In this document: positions 53,178 to 64,000 of the stretch, piece after piece
How the letters are laid out: each line of letters opens with the position of its first letter
How positions within the stretch are numbered: position 1 is the first letter of the stretch
Source of the DNA: an uncultured Gammaproteobacteria bacterium
GTDB lineage: Bacteria; Pseudomonadota; Gammaproteobacteria; CAWCPV01
DNA: 64,000 nt
Direction: 5' to 3'
Assembly (NCBI GenBank): GCA_963797555.1
Contig: CAWCPV010000006.1
Coordinates: 82,662-146,661 of the forward strand
Notes under the pieces: model-generated
Told to the model about the DNA's origin: nothing
The model's database searches: none
The model's input: only the letters and a program-made list of their open reading frames with translations
Position numbers and translations under genes: made by a program

Positions 53178-53681
53178 TCAGGGATGGCACGCGCCCGTCA
53201 TACCCTCGTAGGCCTTGGTGAAGCCTACCAGGCTGAAAACGGCGCTATGGGTGCCGGTGACCGGCCAGGTGGGCCAGAACCTGAGCTGCGCCCGGACCAC
53301 TCTGCCCTTCTCGAACTGCTGGACCAATTGTGGATACTCCTTAGAGAACCGGGCAGACTTGTCTTGGAACACGCTGTCCGTGGACACAAACTCGTTCCGG
53401 TCCACCTGCAGGCCAATGTCCGAAAAGCCGGGATCCAGCGGAGACTCCGTGCGCACGAGTATAGCATCCGGCGTGACCACGATGTGTGCCTTAACGTCCT
53501 GGTATCCGTCGCTCAGCGTCTCCGTGGCTGAGCGGATGGAACATCGGCTTCCGACGCCCGCGGCAGCCGCCCCGGCCTGGATCTCCCAACCAGCCGCATC
53601 ACTCGTCCCGACTGTCCAGGCGATCAAGAGCCCCAGGAGCGGGGCCAGCGGTGTTCCTGCGTCAGCTCGTCTCGATGACAT
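53178..53681 (-). CDS. Secreted hypothetical protein
   Basis: Signal-like N-terminus; DGYQD and LRFWPTWP.TG...FSL.GF.KAY. Confidence 0.65.
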   Translation of the reverse strand: MSSRRADAGTPLAPLLGLLIAWTVGTSDAAGWEIQAGAAAAGVGSRCSIRSATETLSDGYQDVKAHIVVTPDAILVRTESPLDPGFSDIGLQVDRNEFVSTDSVFQDKSARFSKEYPQLVQQFEKGRVVRAQLRFWPTWPVTGTHSAVFSLVGFTKAYEGMTGACHP

Positions 53682-53686
53682 AGCGG

Positions 53687-55525
53687 TCACTTCAAAATCT
53701 CGCGCGTCAAACCAAGCGCCGCAACCTCGTCCCCGTAAACCGCGGCATTGCCCTCGCCCAGCATCCGGGACATCACCGTAATCAGCCGCTTGGCGGTCAG
53801 GATGTTCGGCAGGAGAACATAATCGGCTCCGGCGCTGTACATCTTGGTAGCACTCCCACTGCTCTCGGCCGTTGCGATAACCTTGGCTTGTGGCCACGTA
53901 TTCTTTACCGTTCTAATGATGCGGACGTTGCTGGTCCCCTTGAGGATGGCGTCCGGGATGGTGGAGACCACTACCTTAGCGCTCCCGATGCCGGCGTGCT
54001 CCAAGGTGGAGAGATGGCTCACGTCCCCGTAGATGACCTTCACTCCGAGCGTCTGCAGCTCCCGATGAACCACCGGGTTGAAGTCGACCACGACCATCCT
54101 ATTCAACAGCTCGGGAGCTTGCTCCTGGATCTCCCTGATCAAGGCGCTGGCCACCCTGAAGAACCCCAGAATAGCAATCTCCTTGTCCGCCCGGGGAACT
54201 ATGTCCGCGGCCGTCCCGGGAAGGTCTCGGATGCCGAGCGCCCTCAAAACTCTGCTCAAGAAGATCTGCAGGGGGTGGCTGAACTTTATCATGTAGGTCG
54301 ACAGAATCGACGTGATCGCGAACACGAAGATGACTACCGACAAGATGTCCCCTCGAATGTGCCCCAGCCCCGCCCCCAGTGCCGCGACCACGAGGGCGAA
54401 TTCGCTGATCTGCGACAAGTTGATCGAGACCAGCAGGCCGACGCGGTTGCCGTTCCCGAGCAAGTACAGGATGGGGAATACGACGATAAACCGCGAGAGG
54501 ACCAGAAACCCCGAGGCGATAGCCGCGATCCGCAGCACCTGCGGGTCCTGCAGGGGATTCGGAATCTGCATCCCTAGGCCCACGAAGAATAGGGTGAGAA
54601 AGAAGTCCCTGATGCTGACGATCTTGGAGATGACATCCAGGTTATAGGGAAAGGTAGAGATCGCGACGCCGGCGATCAGGGCGCCCATCTCTCGGGAGAG
54701 CCCCAACTGGTCCGCAGCCCCCGCGACCAGAAAAACCCAGGCGAGCGAGGCGACCAAGACCAGCTCCGGCAGCTTGGCGACTTGGCGGAAGAGTGCGCCC
54801 AAAAGATACCTGCTTATCACCAGGCTCGCCCCCACCAGCACGGCCCCCTTGGCGAACGACCAGATGATCTTCAGGGCCGCGGGGTCGGCGAGGTTCGGCT
54901 GGACGCCCAGCACCACGATCGCCCAAATGTCCTGGAAGACCAAGATGCCGACCGTGATCCTTCCCGCTAGCGTGTCCAGCTCGAATTTCTCGTAGAGAAG
55001 CTTGACGACGATGGTGGTGCTGCTAATGGCGCAGCATACCGCCAGGTACAGCAGGTCGTAGTGGCCGCCCCCGGCGGAGAAACCGATGAGCGCGAAGAAC
55101 CCGATACCGAGGATCACGCACAGAACGAACTGGAGAAACCCGGCCACCAGCAGCGTGCGCCCGGATTCGGCAAGCCTCTTGACGTTGATCTCCAGGCCGA
55201 TCATGAACAGCAAGAGGATCAAGCCGATCTCAGCGATCACCTCGATATCGGCCTCGTTGGACACGAGGCCGAGCCCCATTCTGGGTCCGATGACGACGCC
55301 GGCGGCGAGATACGCTAGGAGCAGGGGTTGTTTGCTGAGGTTGGCGAAGAAGGCGAGGATGGTCGCGACCACGATGCTGATGCCGATGCTGGCGATGAGG
55401 TCCGCCCCGGAACCGCCTTCCGCGCCCGCCAGCGCGAGGCCAGGAAGCGCCAAGGCCAGCGCACCGACCACTGCCACGCGCATGCCTCGCTCGGCCGAAA
55501 AGTAGACTGATGACCGCCCTCGCAT
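53687..55525 (-). CDS. CPA2 cation:proton antiporter with KTN/TrkA-N domain
   Basis: LLFMIGLE, SSTTIVVK, LVFQD, QISEF, IYGD, GADYV. Confidence 0.9.
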   Translation of the reverse strand: MRGRSSVYFSAERGMRVAVVGALALALPGLALAGAEGGSGADLIASIGISIVVATILAFFANLSKQPLLLAYLAAGVVIGPRMGLGLVSNEADIEVIAEIGLILLLFMIGLEINVKRLAESGRTLLVAGFLQFVLCVILGIGFFALIGFSAGGGHYDLLYLAVCCAISSTTIVVKLLYEKFELDTLAGRITVGILVFQDIWAIVVLGVQPNLADPAALKIIWSFAKGAVLVGASLVISRYLLGALFRQVAKLPELVLVASLAWVFLVAGAADQLGLSREMGALIAGVAISTFPYNLDVISKIVSIRDFFLTLFFVGLGMQIPNPLQDPQVLRIAAIASGFLVLSRFIVVFPILYLLGNGNRVGLLVSINLSQISEFALVVAALGAGLGHIRGDILSVVIFVFAITSILSTYMIKFSHPLQIFLSRVLRALGIRDLPGTAADIVPRADKEIAILGFFRVASALIREIQEQAPELLNRMVVVDFNPVVHRELQTLGVKVIYGDVSHLSTLEHAGIGSAKVVVSTIPDAILKGTSNVRIIRTVKNTWPQAKVIATAESSGSATKMYSAGADYVLLPNILTAKRLITVMSRMLGEGNAAVYGDEVAALGLTREILK

Positions 55526-55750
55526 AGAGAACCCCGAACCGACACTGACTTCCCGCCGCTACGGGCGAAGCAAACGCTCCACCCTCAGCCCCGAGCGGCC
55601 GCCGGGACGGACTCGAAACCGGGGAGCCCTCCCTGGCGCAACTTAATGGGAAAGCCGGGGCGGTATTATAGCTTCCACGCGCCGTTTAGATGCAAAGACC
55701 GCGCATGGCTGGAAACTGGCAAGACCGATGGAGGGGTTCATCTATGGCCT

Positions 55751-57568
55751 TCAGGCCCGCTTCACCGCCAGGATGGTGATGTCGTCGAACTGTTCCGCGC
55801 TCGAGATATGGTCGCGCAATCGCTGCACCAGACTGTCCAGCACCTCGTGGGCGGGGCGCCCGCGCCCGAGTTCCAACACCGACATCAAACGCTGCTCGGT
55901 GAAGAAGCTCCTGTCCGGGGAACGTGCCTCCGTAACGCCGTCCGTGTAGGCCAGGAGGAAGTCGCCCGACTCGAGCCGCGCACGCTGTACCTGGAAGTGA
56001 ACGCCGGGCAACATCCCGACGGCTGGTCCATTCGCTTTCAGTCTGGCCTTCACGCCGTTGGAACCCACGACGGCCGGTGCCTCGTGTCCCCCGTTCACGT
56101 ACACCAGCCAACCGCTCTGCGGATCGAGCACGCCGAAGAACAGCGTGGCAAACATGTTCATGCGGCTGTGATTGGCGGAGATATAGTCGTTGGTGGCCGT
56201 AACGGCCCCCTCCAGCGCCAGGGCGTCGGCGGCCAGCGGGTCGTCCTGGCCAGCGTCGAGGTGCGCTTCCGACAGAGCGGCGTAGCGCTGCTCGGCGAAG
56301 GCGCGGATAAGACTCCTGATCAAAGTCATGAACAGGGCTGCCCCGACTCCTTTGTCGCAAACGTCCGCGATCACCAGGGCTATCCGGCTACCATCTCTCA
56401 CGGTGAAGGCATCGTAGAAGTCGCCGCTCACCTCGCGGGCCGGCTGAAAGTAGGCTGCCAGCTCCCAGTCGGGCAGGTTCGGCAGCTCGGCCGGCAGAAA
56501 ATCCGCCTGCATCTTGCGTCCGATCTGCACGTCGCGTTCGAAGCGGGTTAGCTCCCGCTCCCTGTCCATAAGCAGATGGTTGTTTATCGCCACAGCCGCC
56601 TGGGAGGACAAGGACTCAGTCACAAGCTGCAAATAGGGATCGAAGGGGATCACCGCTTCTCTCACCGGGTCTTGGGCATTCAGCACCTGCAAGACGCCGA
56701 TGACATGGCTCTGGTGATCCTTCAACGGAACGGTCAGGCAAGAAATAGTGCGGTAGCCGTTCTTGTCGTCGAACCCCTTGGTCGCAGAGAAATCGAACCC
56801 TTCGGCGTGGTAGACATCCGGAATGTTCACGGACTCACCCTCCAACGCGACATGAGTAGCCACGTTGTGATGGTTCGGCTCGCGGGTCGAGGGGTCGTAC
56901 ATCGGCAAAGACGGATGGGGGATGTCCTTGCCTGTCGCCCCTCCCAGGGCGATGCCGAGGGAGTCGGTGTGCATGATGGCAAACTTGAGGCGGTCGTCCT
57001 TGGTACGCAGATAGAGCGTGCCGCCATCGGCGTTGCACAAGGACTTTGCTTCCAGCACGATCGTCTCCAACAACCGATCGAGGTCTTTTTCCGCCGATAG
57101 TGCGATCCCCACGGGGAGGATCACCTTGGTCAGGTCATGAGTTAGCTTCTCCAGCCTGGCGGACAATGCCTGCGCTTCGTGCCGCAGTCGCGACCTCTCT
57201 AAGCAGCGCTCGACGCGCAGCGCGAGCATCGCCGGATCCAGCGGCTCCTCCAGATAGTCATCTGCGCCCATACCCAGCAAACGAGCAGCGCCTGACTTGG
57301 TCTCCTCGGGGGCAATGACGATGACTGGCGTTCCATACCGAGCACCGAGGCTGACCCCATGCGTCCCTGGGTCTCGCTCCGACCATGACACACAGGCGAG
57401 ATCCAGCAACACCAGATCAGCTCCCTGCGCCAGTGCCGCCTTGGCGGCACCGCAGCCCGCCCCGGCCACATACACGGAGTAGCCCTGCCGCTCGAGTAAC
57501 CGGGACAACTCAAGCTCCCGATCAGCGTCCCTATGCACAACCACTAAGTGTGCCTGTTCCGTACCCAT
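55751..57568 (-). CDS. RsbU-like PP2C/SpoIIE phosphatase with degenerate receiver and GAF domains
   Basis: GAF (ADGGTLY, GVLQVLN); SGDFYD, ADVCDKG, NGGH, YTDG, DDIT. Confidence 0.9.
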   Translation of the reverse strand: MGTEQAHLVVVHRDADRELELSRLLERQGYSVYVAGAGCGAAKAALAQGADLVLLDLACVSWSERDPGTHGVSLGARYGTPVIVIAPEETKSGAARLLGMGADDYLEEPLDPAMLALRVERCLERSRLRHEAQALSARLEKLTHDLTKVILPVGIALSAEKDLDRLLETIVLEAKSLCNADGGTLYLRTKDDRLKFAIMHTDSLGIALGGATGKDIPHPSLPMYDPSTREPNHHNVATHVALEGESVNIPDVYHAEGFDFSATKGFDDKNGYRTISCLTVPLKDHQSHVIGVLQVLNAQDPVREAVIPFDPYLQLVTESLSSQAAVAINNHLLMDRERELTRFERDVQIGRKMQADFLPAELPNLPDWELAAYFQPAREVSGDFYDAFTVRDGSRIALVIADVCDKGVGAALFMTLIRSLIRAFAEQRYAALSEAHLDAGQDDPLAADALALEGAVTATNDYISANHSRMNMFATLFFGVLDPQSGWLVYVNGGHEAPAVVGSNGVKARLKANGPAVGMLPGVHFQVQRARLESGDFLLAYTDGVTEARSPDRSFFTEQRLMSVLELGRGRPAHEVLDSLVQRLRDHISSAEQFDDITILAVKRA

Positions 57569-57789
57569 CAATGAGTTCCATTCACCTCGCCAAGCGACCG
57601 GAATGCCTGTGACTGTCGCTGACTCAACAAGTCGCCCCAATATAGCCGGAGGCCGTCCCGCTGAACGCAAAGGAAAAACAGGTTTGGGCGCTGGCGTCGG
57701 ATTGTGTCGCGGTAGCTAGGAGGGCGGGGCCGCACCGCTCGCGCTGCGCCGGCAGTCTCGCCCGTGGCCAAGCCTAAGGCGGGCATGGA

Positions 57790-58233
57790 TCACGGAGTTG
57801 GCTCCGTAGCGGCGCTCGGCCGCTGCATGATGAAGATGTTCCTGTTCCGGTCCCCCACTCTCTGGTACACGAACTCGTCCACGCTGCTTAACGCCAGATA
57901 CACCCCGAGGCCTCCGACGGGACGCTCTTCCAACGGTTGGTCCAGAGCATCCCGGGCAGCGGTATGTGTCTGCGTCGGGTCGAACGCGGCAGCACTGTCT
58001 TCCAGCGCGATGGTAAGGTGCTCGTCGTCCACCTCCGCCGTCACGGTGAGGTCGCCAGTGAGATCTGCCTCTTTGTAGCCGTGCACAATGATGTTCGTCA
58101 CAATCTCGTCCACAGCGAGCCGCAGGTCGTAGGCTCCCTTTTTGGTCAGGCCGGCCTTGACCGCCGCGGATTGGACGAACTCCGCTATCGCTCCGAGAGA
58201 TTCCAGCTTCCCCGGCACAGTCAGTGGCTGCAT
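57790..58233 (-). CDS. RsbW-like anti-sigma/serine kinase
   Basis: LAVDEIVTNIIVHG, D...FDP, GGLGVYL. Confidence 0.9.
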   Translation of the reverse strand: MQPLTVPGKLESLGAIAEFVQSAAVKAGLTKKGAYDLRLAVDEIVTNIIVHGYKEADLTGDLTVTAEVDDEHLTIALEDSAAAFDPTQTHTAARDALDQPLEERPVGGLGVYLALSSVDEFVYQRVGDRNRNIFIMQRPSAATEPTP

Positions 58234-58275
58234 GACAGCTAACTCTGCAGCGCGCCGTCCCGCACTTCGGGACCG

Positions 58276-58617
58276 TCAGATACTCTCGATTTGCGCTGCA
58301 TCGTAGTGGGCCAGCATGACGACACTCTGTTGGAAACCAGTCTTCTCGATGGTGTCCTTCACCATTTCACGGGCGCCGACCACGTAGATGTCCACGCCGG
58401 AGCCGAGCTTCTGCTTGGCGAAGATTAGCACCCGCAGGCCCGCACTGGCCATGTAGTCCAACTGGTCCATCAGCAGCACCAGGCGTTTCGGATGCTCAGC
58501 CGCAGCCTTCTCCACTTCCGCCTTGAACGTCGGCGCCGAGCTACCATCGAGATCACCCGTCAGCGTAATCTTGGCGATCCCCTTGTCCGTCATCTCTACC
58601 GCAGCATTGAAAGCCAT
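58276..58617 (-). CDS. STAS anti-sigma factor antagonist (RsbV-like)
   Basis: GDLD.SSAP, LDYMASAGLRVL. Confidence 0.9.
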   Translation of the reverse strand: MAFNAAVEMTDKGIAKITLTGDLDGSSAPTFKAEVEKAAAEHPKRLVLLMDQLDYMASAGLRVLIFAKQKLGSGVDIYVVGAREMVKDTIEKTGFQQSVVMLAHYDAAQIESI

Positions 58618-58659
58618 GGCCAGTCTCCTCAAAATACAAGCCCAATTTCCGCGTTGGGG

Positions 58660-60750
58660 CTAGCGCCCGACCAGGATGGCGACCGACCGTCCCCCCAACA
58701 TGAAACGATGGCAGTCCGAAACTAAAGGCTCGCGCCCCGACTCCCAGATGTCCTCCGGTGGCGGAGCACTGGTATTCACAGCGACGCGCCACTGCATTGG
58801 CTCCGGCAGGCCCGGAACGTCCAGCTCCAGCGCGTCATGGTACATGTTCATGGCCACGTAGATATAATCGTCCGTAACTGTCCCCTCCTTGGCGTGCTTG
58901 CCGCAGAGCAGGAACGCTATCACCCGACTAGTGCCCGACCAATCCGCGTACCACGCACGCGTACCGTGCCAAGAGATATCGGGGTAACCGCTGCCTACAT
59001 AGTCCATGTTGCGTAGATGCCGACGCCCCCGCAGTGCTGGATGAGAGCGACGAAATGCAATGCAGTTCTTGAAGAAACGGAACAGGTCCCGGTTCTTTTC
59101 GAGCAGGCTCCAATCCACCCAGCTAATCTCGTGGTCCTGGCAATAAGCATTGTTGTTGCCACCCTGAGTGCGCGCCATCTCGTCGCCCATGAGAATCATA
59201 GGGATGCCCTGGCTTACCATCAGGATGGCAACAGCGTTCTTCATCTGGCGCACACGCAGCTCATTGATGCCTGCGTCCTCGGTGGGGCCCTCCCATCCGC
59301 AGTTCCAGCTATAGTTGTCGTTGGAGCCGTCGCGATTGTCCTCGCCGTTGGCCTCGTTGTGTTTGCCGTTGTAAGACACGAGGTCGGCCAGGGTGAACCC
59401 GTCGTGGCAGGTGATGAAGTTGATGGACGCGGCTGGGCCCCGCCCGCGATAAAGATCTGGCGACCCCTGCAGGCGCTGCGCCATCTCTCCCACGAAGCCC
59501 ATGTCCCCTTTGAGGTACTTGCGTATCGCATCACGGTACTTCCCGTTCCATTCGGCCCAGCGGCCGTAAGCGGGAAAGGAGCCCACCTGATACAGCCCGC
59601 CGGCATCCCACGCCTCGGCGATCAGCTTGCACTTGCCAAGGATAGGGTCGAAGGCCAGAGTCTCCAGCAGCGGCGGGTTGGCAAGCGGCGCACCCCACGG
59701 GTCACGACCCAGCACCGACGCCAGGTCGAAGCGGAAGCCGTCGATGTGGTACTCCGCAGCCCAGTAACGCAGGCAATCCAGAACCATCTCCCGGACGACG
59801 GGGTTGTTGCAGTTCAGGGTGTTGCCGCACCCGCTGAAGTTGAAATAGTAGCCCCCCGGCGTCAGCATGTAGTAGGTCTGATTGTCGATACCGCGAAACG
59901 AGATCGTCGGGCCGTTCTCATTGCCCTCGGCCGTGTGGTTGAACACAACGTCGAGGATGACTTCAATGCCGTTCCTGTGCAGCGCCTTGACCAGGGTCTT
60001 GAGTTCGTCCACCTGCATTCCGAACTTGCCGGTGGCCGCGAAGCCCGCCTTGGGCGCGAAGAATCCGACGGTGCTGTAGCCCCAGTAGTTCAGCAGCCAC
60101 TGACCGGTCTGGGGATGCTGACGGCTGTTCTCGAACTCGTCGAACTCGAAGATCGGCATCAGCTCTACGCAGTTGACGCCCAGATCTTCAGGTACGGAAG
60201 CTTGTCCCGAATAGCGGCAAAGGTCCCCCTGTGCTTGACCCCCGAGGAAGGGTGCCGCGTGAAGCCACGCACGTGCATCTCGTAGATGATGAGGTCCTCG
60301 ATGGGAATCTCCAGGGCGCGATCCGCTTCCCAATCGAAGTCATCGAAGGCAAGGCGCGCCCGGTGCTGGTAGATGTCGTTCCAGTCCGGCGGTTCACCCC
60401 AGATGTCCCGACCCCCGATAACTCGGGCGTAGGGGTCCATCACGATCTTGCGATGATCGAAGCGGTGGCCGGCGCTCGGGTCGAAGGGCCCATCCATCCG
60501 GTAACCGTATTCGATGTTCTCGTAGTCGAGACCGAACACCACCATCGTGAACACATTGCCGATGCGGAACTCCTCCGGAAAGGGAATCTCCGCCATGGGA
60601 CGAGGCGCACGTTTTTGAAAGAGCACCAGAGTGCAGGATCGGGCATGCCCGGAGAAGATCGAGAAGTTGACGCCCCCCGGCACCAGAGTGGCCCCGAAAG
60701 GATAGGGCTTCCCGATGCGCATGTGATAATCCGCATGCTGGAGTCGGCCA
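58660..60750 (-). CDS. glgX: Glycogen debranching enzyme GlgX (frameshift near 60187, start lost at the junction)
   Basis: PFGAT..GVNFSIFS, IIYEMHVRGFT, NYWGY, DVVFNHT, GFRFDLAS, AEAWD, CHDGFTL. Confidence 0.92.
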
Positions 60751-60754
60751 TGGA

Positions 60755-63700
60755 GGCCCAAGCTGGTCCAGCTGTATGTCTCGCAGCTGCGCAAGCTGCT
60801 GGGACGGAGGCCGAGATCGTCACGCGCGGGCGCGGCTATGAGCTGCGCTCGGCCGCCGAGTGCGTCGACGCCGCCCGCTTTGAGCGTCTGGTCACCGCGG
60901 CCACCGACGCCGACCGCTCGGCCGCGGGGTTTGCGCGCGACGCGCTGGCGCTGTGGCGTGGCGCGGCCCTGGCCGATGTGGCCGACGAGCCGTTCGCCGC
61001 CGCGGAGATCCGCCGGTTGGAGGAGCTGCGGCTGCGCGCGACCGAGCTCGCGATCGAGGGCGAGCTGGCCGCGGGCCGCCATCGCGAGCTGATCGGGGAG
61101 CTGGAGGCGCTGGTCAGGGGGCATCCGCTGAGCGGCTGCCGCGCAGCGCATGCTGCGCGCTGTATCGCTGGGGCCGCCAGGTCGAGGCGCTGGCAGCGTA
61201 TCGGCCGCCCACCGCCTGCTGGTGGACGAGATCGGCGTCGCGCCCGGCGCGGAGCTGCGCGGCCTGAACGATGCGATCCTGCGCCAGGACGCGGCCGCGC
61301 TCGATCTGGCCGCCGCCGTGCCACGGTGATCCGGGGCCGTGTCGTCGTCGGTGGTGACCGGGTCGACGCGCGCCGCGGGTCGCGGCCCGGACCCCGGGTC
61401 GGCGCGTGCTCGCCGCCGCGGCGACGCTCGTGCTCGTCGGCGGGTGCTCGCCGTCTTCGCGGTCGGCCGCTTACGAGCGCGCCGGAGGGGCTCGGCGCGC
61501 ATCGACGAGAACGGCGGTCGGCGTGATCGAAGCGCGGACCGGCGCGGATCACGGCGCAGTACCCGGTCGGGCGCGGGCCGAGCGCGGTGGTCGCGGGCGG
61601 CGGGTCGGTGTGGGTCGCCGAACGCGGGGCGACCGCACCGTTTCGCGAATCGGGGCTGGGAGGGCGATTCGATATCGTGGCGATCCCCGTCGGCGAGGGC
61701 GCCGATTGGTCTCGCGTACGCGGCCGGATCGCTGTGGGTGACCGATCGAGGCGGCGCGGTGTCGCAGATCAGCCCGGCGGTGAACCGGGTTGTGCGCGGG
61801 ATCGACGCGGGCAACGCGCCGGGTGCCATCGTCGCCGGGTTCGGGGCGCTGTGGGTCGCCTCCGAGGCCGATGGCACGGTGGCCCGGATCGATCTCGAGC
61901 GCGGAAAGGTGACTCGGTCGATCGATCTCGGCGCGAACCCGACGGCGCTCGCGGTCGGCGCGGGCGCCGTCTGGGTCACGAGCGAGGAAGGCGACACCGT
62001 GTTCCGGATCGACCCGCGCTTGGGCACCGTCGCGAGCACGATCGGCGTCGGCCACGGCCCGGTCGCGGTAGCGGTGGACGATGGGTCGGCGTGGATCGTG
62101 AATCGCCAGGACGCGACCGTCTCGCGTATCGACACAGCCACCGACGCGGTGACCGACATCGTCACGGTGGGGCGCGATCCGGCCGCGATCGCCGTCGGCG
62201 ATGGCGCGGTCTGGGTGGCGAACCCGACCGACGGAACCGTCTCGCGGATCGACCCCGCGACTCCGAGGACGGTAAAGACGATCGCGGTGAAGAGCAGCCC
62301 GAGCGCGCTTGCCGTCGCGGCGAGCGGCGCAGTCTGGGCGGCGGCGCTCGCCGCCCCGGCGACGCATCGCGGGGGAACCCTGCCGGTGGCGGCCGACCCT
62401 TCTCTACAAACGGCTTGAGGCCGGCGACTACGGCGACGGCACGGCCTACGAACTGCTCTCGCTCGCCTACGACGGCCTCGTCGCCTACCGGCGCGCTGGC
62501 GGCGCGTCGTTCGGGACGCTCGTCGGCGATCTCGCCACCGAGGTCCCGCGCCCGAGCGCGGAGCGGGCGGACCTACGTCTTCAAGCTGCGACCAGACCTG
62601 CGCTACTCCGACGGCTCACCTGTCCGCCCGGCCGACTTCCGCGCCTCGCTCGAAAACCTGCTCTGGCACCACCCGGAGCTGCCGGCGTTCTACCGCGGGA
62701 TCGTGGGGGGCGTCGGTGCGCGAGACAGCCCGCGCGCTGCGACCTCTCGGCCGGGATCATGCCCGACGCGCGTCTGCGGACGATCACGGTGCACCTGACC
62801 CGGCCCGACGAAGAGTTCCTCCCACGGTTGGCCCACCCCTTCGCCCTCGTCGCGCCCGCCGACCACCCCGTTCGGCAGCACGCCTCCGCCCGGGACCAGC
62901 CCGTGCCGGATCGTCGGCTACGACCGCGACCGCGGAGCGCGGCGGGTCCGCGACCTCCACTTCCATGCATGGTCGCCGGCTACGCGCCCCGACGGGTACG
63001 CGGACGAGATCGTCGTCCGCGTCGACCGTAAGCGCAAGGCCCAGATCGCCGCCGTGCGGCGCGGGCAGTCCGACGTCGTGCTCGCCGTCAGCCGGTTCGG
63101 GGCTCACCTGCCCGCCGCCCTGCCGGCGCTGAAGACCGCTACGCCGGTCAGCTCTACACCGATGCCGCGCCGGAGCTGGACTACGTCTTCCTCAACGTCC
63201 GGACCCCCCGTTCGATGACCCACGCGCCCGGCGGGCGATCAACTACGCCGTCGACCGACGCGCGATCACCCAGCTCGCCGGCGGTCCCGATCTCGCCCAG
63301 ACCGCCTGCCAGCTGCTGCCCCCGGGCTTTCCGAACTACACCCCATCGTGTCGCTACACGCTCCACCCCGATCCCGGCGGCGGCTGGAGCGCGCCCGACC
63401 TCGAGCGCGCACGGCGCCTGATCGACCAATCCGGGACTAAGGGCACCAAGGTCACCGTCTGGATCAACCGCGAGAAGCAGGCGCTGGCGCGCTACTTCGT
63501 CTCACTGTTGCGCGACCTCGGCTACCGCAGCTCGCTCCGCATCTTCCCCGGCTACACCGCCTACCGCGCGGCGATGGCCCACGCGCGCGCTCCCGCGCAG
63601 ATGGGCATCGACGGCTGGGGCGCGGACGTCGCGGTCCCGTCCGACTCTCACACCACCGTTCCGATGCGCGGCGATCAACCCCCGGTCGGTCAACAACGGC

Positions 63701-63935
63701 AACCTGGCCGGATTCTGCGACCGCGGCCTCGAATCACGGATCGAAGCGGCGCTGGCCGCACACGGACCACGCGCCAACGCGCTCTGGACGGACGTCTACC
63801 GCGACCTCGAGGCCGCCGCTCCGCTCGTCCCGCTCGTCAATCGCCGGAGCATCGTGTTCGTCTCCAAGCGCGTCGGCAACTACCAGCAACACCCACTCTC
63901 GGACGACCCTCCTCGACCAGCTCTGGGTCCGCTAG
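60755..63935 (+). other. SARP/BTAD regulator + YVTN beta-propeller + family-5 solute-binding fusion, 5'-truncated and heavily frameshifted
   Basis: VQLYVSQLRKLL, ALALWRG, propeller repeats (VWV...GTV.RID), YVFKLRP..RYSDG, LDQLWVR*; visibly higher GC. Confidence 0.8.
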
Positions 63936-64000
63936 TCCACGGCGCGGTCAACCTGACCAGACCGCCACCAGCCGAGGTTCGCAAGAGTGCTCCAAATCGA

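Noticed and set aside
60165-62165. 666-aa minus-strand ORF as a novel GlgX fusion
   Set aside because: Its N-terminal part is the antisense frame of the GC-rich propeller gene read through the suspect junction.

Overview
A 64-kb window from a GC-rich, probably gammaproteobacterial sulfur oxidizer, heavily invaded by insertion sequences. (1) 0-14 kb: IS and pseudogene debris (ISL3, an unclassified DDE element, a 5' group II intron fragment, an IS1380 relic split by IS630) bracketed by two inverted copies of a small gene, then a cNMP-thioredoxin reductase/UBP zinc finger pair and an MFS transporter. (2) 14.6-23 kb: a Na/Ca antiporter and the sulfur-oxidizer lipoate assembly cluster (lbpA pseudogene, dsrE, lbpA, lipS1, slpl(AB), lipT, lipS2). 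(3) 23.3-41.4 kb: tRNA-Ala and tRNA-Arg, then a PICI-like phage satellite (integrase, AlpA/Xis, primase-DUF3987, iterons, Nu1-like small terminase, stand-alone capsid-like gene, cargo). It is broken by an IS50-like/DUF4338 element with Tn5-mosaic-end-like termini, by IS1634, and by a nested FRG::ISL3::IS630 block. (4) 41.6-60.7 kb: dsrE2-tusA, BepA-like protease, IS1380 nested in ISAzo13, PilU-like ATPase, HD-GYP, class III cyclase, DUF3365 sensor, CPA2 antiporter and a glgX-linked partner-switching module. (5) After about 60.75 kb the sequence switches abruptly to very GC-rich, frameshift-riddled actinobacterial-type DNA, probably a chimeric join. Many single-base frameshifts may be sequencing errors. 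All family calls come from motif recognition by eye; no database search was run.
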